A stretch of DNA of 64,000 nt from Eledone cirrhosa (GCA_964016885.1 OZ024747.1:5394001-5458000); one strand, 5' to 3'. Counted from the stretch's first letter, positions 1-13,422 are shown. Program-made: numbers and translations. Notes: generated by a model from the letters alone, not told the origin.

Positions 1-2
1 AC

Positions 3-692
3 TGAGAGGTTGGCCTCAACCTGTATAGAGAGGTTGAAGCCTTTAAAGAAGGCTGTGAGTTCTTTTCTGAACCTGTCGCAAGCACGTGGGCCGCACTTAG
101 TCATGGTCAAAAGACCATCATCACGGTACAAACCACTGCCCACGTTGGGGAATTCGTCCTTGATAGAGAAAAGAAGGAAAAGGCCGATAAAATCAGTAAC
201 CTCCGCAGAATCGCTGGCGCCCATACTCACGTCGAATGGGGTACTATTAGATTTGTTAATCCAAATAGAGTCGTCGAAATTAATCACCGACTTACGGGCA
301 TTGAGGATGACATCAACTTCGAAATCCTTAACCACTGTGAGTGTTTTAGCGAAATTGATAGCTCTAAGGAGAAGTGGTAAAGTGATAGAGGAGTAGTAAT
401 TATTGATGTCGAATTGGATAAAAGGGCAATGTTCCTTGTTGCATATGCCGTTGAACCAATCAATCACCGCGAAAGAATTGCTCCACGGTGCAAAAGGGGC
501 CAAACTTCTAATTTCAGGTATAATTCTATCAAGAATCCTTTTACTAGGTCTACCTAAATCGGACTTCCTAGGGTTAATAAGCCGAATAGAGGGGTTCTTC
601 GGAAAATTGGATTTGTGATCCTTCAGGGTAAAGTGGGGAGAAATAGGGTCCAGAGGTCCGGTCCGGTCCACGATGTTGAGATCAGGGGTGAT
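3..692 (-). mobile_element. Penelope-like retroelement reverse transcriptase, 5'-truncated, open frame continuing off the left edge (Naiad-type motifs)
   Basis: Manual translation of the minus strand (692 to 3) gives 230 codons without a stop: ...HFTLKDHKSNFPKNPSIRLINPRKSDLGRPSKRILD...FIQFDINNYYSSI...FDVSMGASDSAEVTDFIG...GLYRDDGLL... These are the RT motifs FD..Y.SI, MG and YxDD. It is missing from the ORF track because there is no stop in the window. The clade assignment is from recalled motifs. Confidence 0.88.
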
Positions 693-696
693 TTTA

Positions 697-836
697 AAGC
701 AGCGATTCTTTGCTTAAACTTTAATCTGTTATTTATTTGAATAAATATTTGCTCTACGGTTCTTGTATATTTGATATATATTTATCCTTATCGAGCTCTC
801 TTTGGATTTTAGTCTTCACATTTATTATTATTACTA
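697..836 (+). mobile_element. Family B terminal repeat (PLE pseudo-LTR) joined in inverted orientation to the truncated RT
   Basis: AAAGCAGCGATTCTTTGCTTAAACTTTAATCTGTTATT...TTTGGATTTTAGTCTTCACATTTATTATTATTAC followed by (TA)n. The same sequence recurs at 8.5, 16.4, 16.7, 49.6 and 56.1 kb. Confidence 0.75.
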
Positions 837-890
837 TATATATATATTAATTCAAAATATTAACAAAATAGATATTCTTGTGATGAAGTA

Positions 891-951
891 TATTTTATTA
901 TACATATTTCAGAGGTACTGAGTTAACAATACGTCCTCATCAGATAAAATA
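891..951 (-). ncRNA. Minimal type I hammerhead ribozyme motif
   Basis: Minus strand reads tattttat-CTGATGA-ggacgtattgttaactcagtacctct-GAAA-tatgta-TA-ataaaata. It has a perfect 8-bp stem I, an intact core, an AUA triplet and an imperfect stem II. Confidence 0.7.
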
Positions 952-1075
952 AGATGATGCATGACATACCCTGACATAGTAGATGGTTAAGATTCAGTCA
1001 TGGTAGTTACTGTTAGTGCTTCCAATCGATTGTAAAACTCACTCTTTGATTTATTCATTGAACCATGTTTAACCT

Positions 1076-1400
<325 letters not shown>

Positions 1401-1683
1401 GTACCAAAATGAGAAAACTCGATACACAGAATAAGGATGAAGTTTCGTTTACATGTAATTTTTATTGTGTATCGATCTATTTCAAACTCAATTATAATCC
1501 ACTTCGACAATAGTCATTGTTTGAACCTCTAACTGGTCATTACACATGTTAGAAATAGCAACAATATTTCCCGTAAATCACACCCTAACCTCTTTAAAAG
1601 AAGGACACAACGGATAATGTGACACGATATTCATTTTATTTGAAAGAGAAGCACGATGATCTCTTCTAGAATGATTTTATATA

Positions 1684-2040
1684 ATAACTTTCTCCAGCCT
1701 CAACCTGGTGCAGTCTGCGACTAACCCAGGTTCTGCTGCATGTCGGGCTGAGGAGGCCAAACTCTTCAAATACTGGTCGCTCTCCGACAGGTTTGCGGTT
1801 GTACCCTTGGCAGTGGAGACTTCTGGTGTCCTCGGCCCTAGGGCTACCTCCCTACTTACCACCATAGGCGCTGAGATGGCCAGCCGCAGGTGTGAGCCCC
1901 GCAAGTTGGAATGGCTTTTCCAGCGCGTCTCCCTTGCCGTCCTCTGGGGAAACCCCTTCTCTATTCTGTCCGCGGGGCTGTGGGGAGGCCACCAATATCA
2001 TTGACTGACTTGTCATTTTATAAGTCAGATGTTTTGTCTA
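1684..2040 (+). mobile_element. 3' fragment of CRE-like non-LTR retrotransposon (RLE endonuclease C-terminus)
   Basis: AEEAKLFKY...FAVVPLAVETSGVLGP...WLFQRVSLAVLWGN; paralogous to the 4.9 and 56.8 kb copies. Confidence 0.8.
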
Positions 2041-2335
2041 ATATATTTTTACTTTGATCAGATTTGGGGTTAAACAATGTTGAAGCTAACGAGGTACTTT
2101 GAAGTGTTTGTTCGGCGTTTCACGAAAAAGCAGTCATGACTCCCTCATAACACATAGTACACTCTTTAAAAAAAATGGAAGGATATTTATTTATTTATTT
2201 ATTTATTCATTGTAAACGTCCGTATAGAGCTAGTAAGCCATGAGAGACTAGGGAAAGTATCTGGAAGTTCTTAGAGTTGAGAAACAGAAAAATAAGATAG
2301 ACAGAGATAAGAGAATATAAAAATAAAAATAAAAA

Positions 2336-2525
2336 TAATTATTTCTACTTTTGGCACAAGGCCAGCAATTATCTCAGTGCATTACTGGTACTTTATTTTA
2401 TCGATCCCGTAAGGATGAAAGGCAAAGTTAACCTCGGCGGGATTTGAACTCAGACCATAAATGGCCGTAACTCTTTGCTGCTGGAAAGCATGGCGTCCGA
2501 CCCTCTACCGATACTGCCAATCCAC
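2336..2525 (-). mobile_element. tRNA-derived SINE family 1 (central domain GCCTTTCATCC..GGGGTCGATAAAATAAAGTACCAG, Meta/MESC-like)
   Basis: Box A TGGCAGTATCGG and box B GAGTTCAAATCC on the minus strand; more than 15 full or partial copies in the window. Confidence 0.85.
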
Positions 2526-2917
2526 ATAATATACATTGGTTAATGTCTTTTTAAATACTCTGTAAAATATGAATGGATGGGCACAGCCGGATTGTTTTGA
2601 TAATGTGTCTATTTGTTGATGGTGAACCTGCGACGAAACAACATAAACAATCTGTATATATAAACGGAAAGTTTTCTTTATTTTTTATTGGTGGGGTCGG
2701 TTGAGAAAGGATGGTTCTGATTTGCTTGACTGGTTATCTTCAGCCATAGGGTCATTAAAGGCCGCTAGGGGTCGTGGTCAGTGTAACTTGTAATGGACAA
2801 ATATAACACCAACTATCACATAAATCAGTTGACATGTCTTTTGGCAAAAGATATTTACCTAAGTATCCATTTGGCTGCCTGCCCCCTGCCTCCTCTCTCT
2901 CTCTCTCTCTCTCTATT

Positions 2918-3018
<101 letters not shown>

Positions 3019-3078
3019 ATATGTGAAGACAAACAAATATGCGTATGTATAATTGGGTGTGTGTATATATATATATTT

Positions 3079-3113
<35 letters not shown>

Positions 3114-3297
3114 AAACAAACTATATTGCTGTAGTTAGTATTTTTTCACCCTAGCAAACTTTAGTCCTTACGATTCGAACACATGTATGTTTATATTAGT
3201 GTTCATCTCTCTTGTTTATTCAATTATATTGTAGGGCTCGTAAAAGCTTTTTTCTTAGAGCTATTTAATTGTAAGGGACTACCCTGTGTTCTTAACT

Positions 3298-3452
<155 letters not shown>

Positions 3453-3689
3453 TAGGTATATATATATATATATATTTCGTTTCTGAATTTGTTTAGCAAG
3501 ATTCTTTATCTGAAATCGTGTGTTGAAACCGATATTGGTATACTTTTGGAGGGTCATGTTGCCAATAAGAAATACACGCACCAGTTGCTTTCACTTCAAT
3601 TTATTATAAATTTATAAATTTACAAATTTATAAATTTATAAATTTCTGGTTGGTTGGTTGGTTCCACAACCAGATAGTTGTTTATATAT

Positions 3690-3734
3690 AGTCATAGTTC
3701 TTTCGTCACACACTCTGTGACCTCTTCAGTGACT
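3690..3734 (-). ncRNA. Minimal type I hammerhead motif (family A, mirror copy)
   Basis: Exact reverse complement of 3852-3896. Confidence 0.72.
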
Positions 3735-3851
3735 GGGGATTCCTTTCTTTGTTTCTGTGCCTCTCCTTTGTTCTGTCCTACGCCATTTTGTTTCTCAAAA
3801 TGGCGTAGGACAGAACAAAGGAGAGGCACAGAAACAAAGAAAGGAATCCCC

Positions 3852-3896
3852 AGTCACTGAAGAGGTCACAGAGTGTGTGACGAAAGAACTATGACT
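3852..3896 (+). ncRNA. Minimal type I hammerhead motif (family A)
   Basis: agtca-CTGAAGA-g-gtcac agagtgt gtgac-GAAA-g aa c-TA-tgact: 5-bp stem I, 5-bp stem II, vestigial stem III, CUA triplet. Confidence 0.72.
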
Positions 3897-4203
3897 ATAT
3901 ATAAACAACTATCTGGTTGTGGAACCAACCAACCAAGCAGAAATTTATAAATTTATAAATTTGTAAATTTATAAATATATAATAAATTGAAGTGAAAGCA
4001 ACTGGTGCGTGTGTTTCTTATTGGCAACATGACCCTCCCAAAGTATAACAATATATATATATAAATATATTAGAAAGTGAGGTTTTTTTACAAAATGAAA
4101 AATAACCGAGGTGTCCTACACGAGTGAAAGTATAAAGAAAAAAGATGAAATCGAAAATGCAACTGGAGTCTTATTTAAAAATATATATATATTTATTTGG
4201 TTC

Positions 4204-4239
4204 CTTTACCGGTTTCGCAGTTCTTCTGCTTTTCAAAAG
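4204..4239 (-). ncRNA. Decayed minimal hammerhead motif
   Basis: ctt-TTGAAAA-gcag aagaa ctgc-GAAA-ccgg-TA-aag; the CUGANGA box carries two transitions. Confidence 0.45.
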
Positions 4240-4390
4240 TAGAGTTGAGATGGAGGGTCTGTGGTTTTTCTCACATCTATATATATATATATACATTATA
4301 GAGAGAGAGAGTCGGCTGCCCGACGGCTGAGCTCTTGCCGTTTCAACAGCCAGTTCCAGACTGGTTGCCGTAGAATGAAAGAAAAAGATG

Positions 4391-4442
4391 GACAGCTTAA
4401 CACGAGTTTCGAACGCGGTTGAGACTTTCCTCAGAAACTGTC
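4391..4442 (-). ncRNA. Type I hammerhead motif upstream of a family C-like segment (4311-4380)
   Basis: gacagttt-CTGAGGA-aagtctcaaccgcgttc-GAAA-c tcgt g-TT-aagctgtc; 8-bp stem I (one GU pair), weak stem II. Confidence 0.6.
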
Positions 4443-4897
4443 TTCATATTTCACAGTCTATAAAGACTAAACACTTATCTAAAGTCATCAGATATGGCAG
4501 AACTACAGAACAGGATCGACTAATTTACATAATTTTATTGCTTACGTTCGTAGCTAATTCAATTATATATTAAGTTACCCATTAAGCATTTGAAGTATAT
4601 TAGAGATTCATATCTGTAGAAACAGTGTAGGTTTATAACCGCAGATGTGAGAAATGTGTATGTAAACACACAACGTTTATATTTAAGCTTGTAAACATCA
4701 AGTGTTTGTCAGAGATCACCTTACACTTGATGTTTAAATCCGCAGACAATGAGCAACTAAATTTCTCCGAAATCACACTCTATAACCAAAGTAGTATAGA
4801 AGGTGTACTATATATATATTTTTTAAATTATATAGGTTTATTTACAATAGTTTATAACTTTGCCTATTAATCCGCATGGTGAGCAAATGGGGTCCCA

Positions 4898-5178
4898 CGT
4901 GCTGGCCTCCCCACAGCCCCGGGGGACAGGATGAAGAAGACGTTTCCCCCAGAGGATGTTAAGAGAGATGCGCTGGAAGAGCCATTCCAACTCGCGAGGC
5001 TCACACCTGCGCCTGGTCAGCTCAGCGCCTATGGTGGTGAGTAGGGAGGTATCCCTAGGGTCAAGGACACCAGAAGTCTCCACTGCCAAGGGTACGACCG
5101 CGAACCTGTCGGAGAGCGACCGGTATTTGGAGAGTTTGGCCTTCTCAGCCCGACGTGCAGCAGTACCTGGGTTAGTCA
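4898..5178 (-). mobile_element. CRE-like non-LTR retrotransposon 3' fragment
   Basis: AEKAKLSKY...VVPLAVETSGVL...WLFQRISLNILWG; homologous to 1684-2040. Confidence 0.8.
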
Positions 5179-5232
5179 CATAGTAAAGGAAATTGGGATA
5201 ATGACGTATTCATTTTATAGTGATTGATATTA

Positions 5233-5505
5233 ATATAGAGCCGCTACTTCACCTACTTGAGAGATCAAAGCTCCGATATTACGGACATGTGGTTAGAATA
5301 ACTCAGGAAAAAAATCGCTGGAGAGATTTTATGGGCAAAACCAACCTAAAGGAAACCCAGGGGTAGATCTCGAGTAAGATGGGTGGATAATAACCATGAG
5401 ACCGGCTGATTTCACTCGGAGATCCAGTCGGATTAATTGGAAACGGTTGGTTCTGACAAGACCTGCTTGAAGGCATGTTTGAGGACTCTGTCCCCGTGAC
5501 AGGAA
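5233..5505 (+). mobile_element. RTE-clade LINE 3' end, degenerate
   Basis: Translates LERSKLRYYGHVVRITQEKIAGEILWAKPT*RKPRGRSRVRWVD, matching the RTE C-terminal pattern GHV.R...R.RGR.R.RW.D; followed by a GAA/GGA tail. Confidence 0.7.
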
Positions 5506-5712
5506 GAAGAAAGGGGAGGGTGGTGGTGGAGGAGGAATAGGAGGAGGAGGAAGAGGAAGAAAAAGTATGTAAACGAGACTTAGACGTTTCACTGTAGATT
5601 GAAAAGGTTCAGCTTGACACGAGGTTTGTTCTTGGAGGAGACAAGTCTCAGAAACTTTCTACATCTATCGTAATCTACGAGGAAACACGTAACGAAAGGC
5701 ATGCATGCATGA

Positions 5713-5787
<75 letters not shown>

Positions 5788-5860
5788 CTCGTGTACAAAT
5801 GTATATGTACATATATATATATATATCAATAAACCTATCTGCTTTTCTATTTCTTTGCCC

Positions 5861-5965
<105 letters not shown>

Positions 5966-6766
5966 CACACCCATACGCACTTTCCTGTTTGTCTGATATT
6001 CATATTCGTCTACCCCGATGTATTGTGCCGTGTATTTATTCATATACTTATTTTCTTCTTTGAAGAAGGATTAACACTAGAAAAACGTTTCGTTTTCTTA
6101 TTTGTTTATGACTTGTTTTCAGTTTTTATTTATTTTATTTCTACATTTTTCTTCCTCTTATATTTCTAAAGAAATGTTTGTGTATGTGCTTTCTTCTTGA
6201 AACTTTCGACTGAGATATGTGCAAGGTGACTGAGCATCAAGCAATATATATTCAAACAAGATGGCAAGCTGTCAGTATATAGAGAGCAGACGACCCAGTC
6301 AGTCAAGTGAATGGCTGAGTCAGGTTTGTCAGACGAGAAGACAGATGACTGAAAAGTAGAAAGAAAAGGATAGAAGAGCTATGGAAAGAAAAACAACAAC
6401 AACAAATGGATATAAATGTTAAGCAAATAAGAACAGGGGTTGAAAAAAAAACTTATGATGTTGATGGGGGCGGCGGTGTGTGAATACTTTCAATCCCAGC
6501 ATGCAGTCGAAGCATTTAGCCGTTCCATTAAATTGGATCCTTGGTTAGCGAACAAAAACTTCTCCCTCAAGTTCATTCTTTGTACGTATATACACACATA
6601 CATACACATATATGTCTGTATATGCACACACACACACATATATATATACACAAATACATAAATACATACATATATAGGGAGAGGCAGTGAGTTAAAGGTA
6701 GATAAAGGGAAAGAGATATATAGATATACATACATGTGTTCACAGAGCTTTCCACTATCAATAGTT

Positions 6767-6920
6767 ATATCTATTTATCTATCGATTTTTCTATCTACCT
6801 ATCTATCTCCATACGAACCTATCTATCTATTTATCTCTCTCTCTATCTATCTACCATCTATCTATCTATCTATTTATCTATCTACCATCTATCTATCTAT
6901 CTATTTATCTATCTACCATA

Positions 6921-6959
<39 letters not shown>

Positions 6960-6975
6960 TTATCTATCTATCTCT
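6767..6975. repeat. (TATC)n microsatellite
   Basis: Direct inspection. Confidence 0.95.
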
Positions 6976-7238
6976 CACTCTCCCCACCACTCTGGGCATC
7001 TCTCTTATAACTTAATTATTAAGCTAGTCTACAATAAATCTAATTATCTTGGCTCCTACATGATCCAATCTGTTTCATTCAAAACAATTCAAATGGAATG
7101 GGCTTTCTTGATGATTTCTTTTGAATGAAACATTTCTACTCCTGTAGAAGCCATTTCTGTATGAAACTTGATATTTACTCTCTAGTATTGTATTGAGTAC
7201 CTTACTAACTGTGGTTATCCCCGATTGAATCTGGGACT

Positions 7239-7271
<33 letters not shown>

Positions 7272-8020
7272 TTATTTATATTTATGAAAAATGATAGAAA
7301 TTTGAAAAAAGCACCTGTTTTTTTTATTTTGTATACATGTTACCTGTATAATTACACAAGAAAAAATTATTTCTGTTTACATAAAAAAGAATAGCTTTTG
7401 TACTTTTGTACCAACATGTTACATGTACAGTACACGGCGAAGAAAGCTTTTTTTACATGAAAAGAAATAGTGTTTGTACATTTGTACTTGACCGGTTTCA
7501 CTTAAAAACAGCTTTACAAATGTTTTTTTCATGTTTAATTTAATATATTGTAATGTTATTGTCGCTTATATATACATACATTGTGTGTGTGTCTCTGTCT
7601 ATCTGTGTGTGTGTGTGTCAGAGTTATTTCTATCTGAATGTTATTCATACCCTTTTTAGTCCACCTCTTTCTACAGTCAAATTTCCTCTTCTGGTACACA
7701 GTTCTAGTGTTAAAATCGTTAGAATTTCTTTCGCCCTTTTCTAGATCGTCAAGACAAAAAACTCTACTTTCACCGTTTCCCCACCTGTACATATACACAC
7801 GTCCTGTTTACATCAAAAAAAAATCTATTTATTTTGTTCACATGGCTTTTCTTAGCAATATTCATCTGTTAGAAACAATTTCGGCAGGTACCTCGTCTTC
7901 TTGATATAGTATTAGTTCTTTATTGTTGTTGAAAGACTCATGTATTCTTTATATTTGACTTCCCTTTGTGTATTTACTAGTAGCTCGAGCCTTCCAAGCT
8001 ACAGTGCGGTTGTAGTACCA

Positions 8021-8459
8021 ATATTGTCAAAGTTCTTTCGTCACACATTCTGTGACCTCTTCAGTGACTGGGGATTCTTTTCTTTGTTTTTGTGCCTCTC
8101 CTTTGTTCTGTCCTACGCCTTCTTGTTTGTGTGTGTGACATACACAAACAAGATGGCGTAGGACAGAACAAAGGAGAGGCACAAAAACAAAGAAAAGAAT
8201 CCCCGGTCACTGAAGAGGTCACAGAATGTGTGACGAAAGAACTTTGACAATATATATATAAACAATCATCTGGTTCTGAAACCAACCAACCGGAAATTTA
8301 TAAATTCCTAAATTTATAAATTTATTATAATAAATTGAAGTGAAAGCAACTGGTGCGTGTGTTTCTTATTGGCAACATGACCCTCCCAAAGTATAACAAT
8401 ATCGGTTTCAACACACGTTTTCAGATAAAGAATCTTGCTAAACAAATTCAGAAACGAAA
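8021..8459. mobile_element. Family A element, fold-back with ~110-bp arms; hammerhead motifs at 8026-8068 (-) and 8206-8248 (+)
   Basis: gtca-CTGAAGA-ggtcacagaatgtgtgac-GAAA-gaac-TT-tgac; the terminus ...CAGAAACGAAA abuts (TA)n. Confidence 0.88.
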
Positions 8460-8521
8460 TATATATATATATATATATATATAGTAATAATAAATGTGAA
8501 GATAAGGATTATATATATATA

Positions 8522-8578
8522 AAAACCCGTTAAGGCTGAAAGCAGCGATTCTTTGCTTAAATTTTAATCTGTTCTTAT
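8522..8578 (+). mobile_element. Family B pLTR fragment
   Basis: CCCGTTAAGGCTGAAAGCAGCGATTCTTTGCTTAAATTTTAATCTGTT. Confidence 0.7.
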
Positions 8579-8579
8579 A

Positions 8580-8653
<74 letters not shown>

Positions 8654-9783
8654 AATCATCATTGGTGTTCTTCAATTAGATGATATAATATCTTTAAAAA
8701 AAGGGGGCTGAGAGAAGAAAAAAAAATGAAAAGTTCAAACAAAACCTACACAAATCTATTCGATCTAAATAAGTGTCAAGGCAGATTCGGGCTAAAGGTC
8801 CCAAAGGGGCCAGAGTGACACCAGGGGGCCATGGAAACTAACAACAATCTTAAACTATACACACGGTTAGAAGCAGATGTTAACTATCTGATACGGAATA
8901 CATGACATATCTACGTTCTTTCACAGTTTTTTCTCCTCTATTTTCTTTTATATAGTTTATTTTTTGGCAAATTTATCGTAAGTTTATTTGTGTGTACATT
9001 TGTGTATTAGACGCACACAAGCACAGACAAGCACACACACACACACGTGCCCGTGCTTCCACTCACATATATACATCCATCATCGTTCGACTGCAGTAGC
9101 AAACAACTACAATCCACCTTCGCTTATTGTAAATATTTAAAATGAGCCTTGGTCACGTGAATCACCCTGAAAACACGAGGGGCGGAGTTTTAATCCCTAA
9201 ATGAAATTTGAACTCGGAAAGCGAACTACCAAGTGTGTGTCGTTCTCTGCTCTACCAATTACAATAATCCAACGTCACAGACTGGATCTTCATTGAGCTC
9301 AAAAATCAAACTTTCTACAATCCATTTATGTTTCTATAAATATCTTACTATAAAGATTTCTGATTTCGGCATAAGGCCAATAATTTGGGGGAGAGGAAAG
9401 TCGTTTAAATCGACGCAGCCATTACTATGTCTACAAATGTGACATGGCTGAACGGATAAGGACAATAGGAATATAAGTATAACGTTCGTTAGTTCGAGAT
9501 CTATGCAGGCGTTCTATTGTTCATTTGAACTGATAACACTGTTCTGTATTCCACATGACCCTAGGCTTATTAGGTTAACCATAAGCAATAGAGATCACCC
9601 TGCAGACAGTGTGGTGAAGATTGTATCGTTATTAGCTTCACGTAGAACATTCCAGACTTAGATACTGAGCTTTAGTGTATTTCACTTCATTTTACTCCAG
9701 TATACACTGCTGAAAATAAGTTGGTGTAAATGTGTAAATGTTTTATTTCTGTGTATTTGCGAATATCGACTACTTACATACTT

Positions 9784-9991
9784 TGGAATGGCAGTAATCA
9801 GTAGAGTTTCGGACACAATGCTTAGCGGCATAGATTTACGTCCCTTCATTTTCTGAGTTCAAATCTTGCCGAGGTTAGCTTTGCCTTTCATCTTTACGGG
9901 GTCGATAAAATAAGTACCAGTAATTCACTGGGATCGATTTAATCGACTTTCCCCTCCCCTAAAATTGCTGGCCATGTGCCTAAATCAAAAA

Positions 9992-9992
<1 letters not shown>
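9784..9992 (+). mobile_element. SINE family 1, older subfamily
   Basis: TGGCAGTAATCAGTAGAG...GAGTTCAAATC...GCCTTTCATC...GTCGATAAAATAAGTACCAG. Confidence 0.8.
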
Positions 9993-10031
<39 letters not shown>

Positions 10032-10857
10032 TTTTTGATGTATGTATATATATATATATATATATATACATACATACAACCGCACATACACACAAACACA
10101 TGCATATCTATGTGTGCGTGTGTATGTATATAATATATATATATAAACAAATAAATACATACATAAATATGTGTGTGTATATCTATATATATGTATACAA
10201 ACACACACACACGCGTTAGGTGTGTGTGTGTGTGTGTGTTTGTGTGTGTGTGTTTATGTGTGTGTTTGTGACAACGACGGCAACATAAAAGCCAAGCAAT
10301 CAACGAAAGAATCCAAACACCTTTAAGATTTACTTTCCTGACACAAAAGCATCTTAAGTGATCACTCAGTAGAATGGTGCGGCGGCTCGCCATTTCATGC
10401 GACGCCTCGGCAGTTATGTTCCCACGAAATATCCCGGCGAGACCTGCCAACAATATGGCCGAAATATCGCCGAGAGGAAGTGACATCTTGTACGCCGTCG
10501 TCTGCGTGTCGTCTTGGTGATAATATGATAAGAGCCATCAGTTAATTTAAAAACTAACGCTTCAGCATTGCATTTACTAAGTATCTGTATGTGTGTGTGT
10601 GTCTTTGTATTTGTGTGTGGGAGGATGTGTATGCGTGTGACGGATTATAGGCAATATGTATGTGTATATATACACATACATTAAACACATGTGTATGTGT
10701 GTGTGGGTATGTGTTTGTGTGTGAGAGGGACAACGTGTGTGCGTGTAACGGATTATATGTATATATATACAAACACGTGTGTGTATGTGTGTGCGTTTAA
10801 GCATAAATGTAAAATCTGTGCGTGCATGTATGCATATATATATGTATATATATATGT

Positions 10858-10898
<41 letters not shown>

Positions 10899-12820
10899 CA
10901 TACATACATACATACTCGGCACAATATGGTGTAATCCAACACTTATGCACGAAATTGCATTTCTCAGTGTGTGGCTGACGAGAAAAGATGTTTCTTTTTG
11001 TCCCAAATGTTTAGATCTTTTCTGGTGCAAAGTTACTAATAATTGGTGTAATTTTATTTATGACTTGTATATATATATATATGTGTGTGTGTGTATATGT
11101 ATGCATTTATGCCTTTATGTAGGTATATATTATGTATAGATGTATGTATGGTCGCATCTATGTAAGTATGTATGTCTATATATGTAAGCATGTATATGCA
11201 TATTTATATATATATATATATATACATATGCATGTATGTGTATACTTACGAATGCATGCATGCATGTTTGTTAGCATGTATGTATGTATATGTATATGTT
11301 TGCATGTGTGTTTGTGTATAAGTATGCATTTATGTATGTCTGCTTTTACGTATATATGAATGAGTGCATGCTTCTATGTAAGTATGTTTCTGTGTATGTA
11401 TGTTTCTGTGTATGTATGGAGACTTTAAAGCAGATTCAAGCAAATATAACGATAATATTTCTGAAATACATAAATATATTTTGGTACAAAGGTTTACTAA
11501 ATACACAAACAGGCAGTTCACACCACACACAAACATGCACGTATATACATGCATACAAAAATATACACATACATTTAAAGACAGAATTATAGATATGTGC
11601 ATGATATTCAGAGATATTATGAAGTATCTCTGTATATGTTTGTATATATGAGTGTATATATGTTTGTATGTGTATTTGTATGCATTTATTTATGTATTTA
11701 TCTATATATTTATGTATGTATGTACATTTGTATGTACGTATATATATATATCCCTGTACATATGTATATATATGTTCGAATGTATATTTGTATGTACGTA
11801 TACATGTTTGCATGTACGTATGCATCCTCGTATGTATGTATGTATGTATGTATGTATATACTTATGATCGTATGTATGTATGTATGTATGTACATACATA
11901 CGATCATACATATATACACGTATGTACATATGTATATATATATATATCCATGTACGTAAGTATGTATGAGTGTATTGTGTATTTTTGAATCCCTGATCTT
12001 ATGTCTGTCTGTATGTATATATTGATATATATATATGTAAATACGTGCGTATGTATGTATATATGTATTATCATATGTACGTATACATGTATAATCGTAT
12101 ATACGTATGTATGTATATAAATGGATGTAGATAAATATATGCAAGCTTTCGAGGGTCAGGTGAAGTGCCAAATAACTAAGAACGCTGTAAGTACAGCGTC
12201 ACACGGACAGAACTATTAGCTCCTTTAAAACCTCTCAAGAAAATTTCTAACACTACCATCCTCTCCTCTGTACCAAGGTCACCACCACCACCACCATCAT
12301 CATCACCATCACCAGCACCACCATCATCAAAGCCACTCATCACCACCACCATCACCACCATCACCACCACCATCACCACCACCACCACACCACCACCACC
12401 ATCATGTTAGAACATGAAGAAATTCCACTGCAGCAGCCTTTTAAAGGATTCCCGCAGCAGTTGTTTAATTGCTTGTCTTGAGAAATTAGAAATACGATGA
12501 TGTTATCTATACAGAAAAGGGAGAAAAAACTTTGACATGTCGTGTAAGTCTTACTCGTTTAGCAAATTGTTGGATATACCGACTTACTTAGAAGAAGTAG
12601 TATGTTGAAACGTAAAATAAACAAATACAACACAACCCCTCTCTTTCCCTGAGTGTTTCTGTGTACATATATACATACAAATACATATATATATATACAT
12701 ACATACATATACATGCACACATATACATACATATATATATACACATACGTATAAATACTCATATATACATACATACTCACATATATATATATGCATACAT
12801 GTATATACACATATACATAC

Positions 12821-12891
<71 letters not shown>

Positions 12892-13101
12892 TACATACAC
12901 ATATACTGTACATACATATATATATACACATATATGCATACACATATACATACATATATATATACATATACATATATGTCATGTGTATTGAGTTCGTCAT
13001 ACAGTTAAAGTTCGCTGTTTTTGTGTATATATAGACACATATTTAACCTATATATATATATATATATATATAGGTTAAATATGTGTCTATATATATGTGT
13101 C

Positions 13102-13188
<87 letters not shown>

Positions 13189-13343
13189 TATAGTCTGGTC
13201 AGATGACCCTGTCTGTACACCTAAGAAACTCCAGAGTAACAAGTCTGTGTGAAACTCGACCTTAATAAACAAAGTATTAATCTCTATTATTGTATTGGAT
13301 TCTTCACATCAAAATACAAAACGTATTGCAAAATCATTAACCG

Positions 13344-13422
<79 letters not shown>

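Larger units (their letters stand above)
3476..4054. mobile_element. Family A hammerhead-bearing element as a ~260-bp-arm fold-back palindrome in (TA)n
   Basis: Arms 3532-3790 and 3796-4054 are near-perfect reverse complements with loop TTTCT. Flanked by (TA)n; homologous to 8021-8459 and 50960-51503. Confidence 0.9.

Noticed and set aside
10-618. Plus-strand ORFs of 128 aa and 71 aa
   Set aside because: Antisense shadows of the minus-strand PLE RT.
8878-8897. U2 snRNA-like TATCTGATACG
   Set aside because: Only about 11-15 nt of similarity and no flanking homology.
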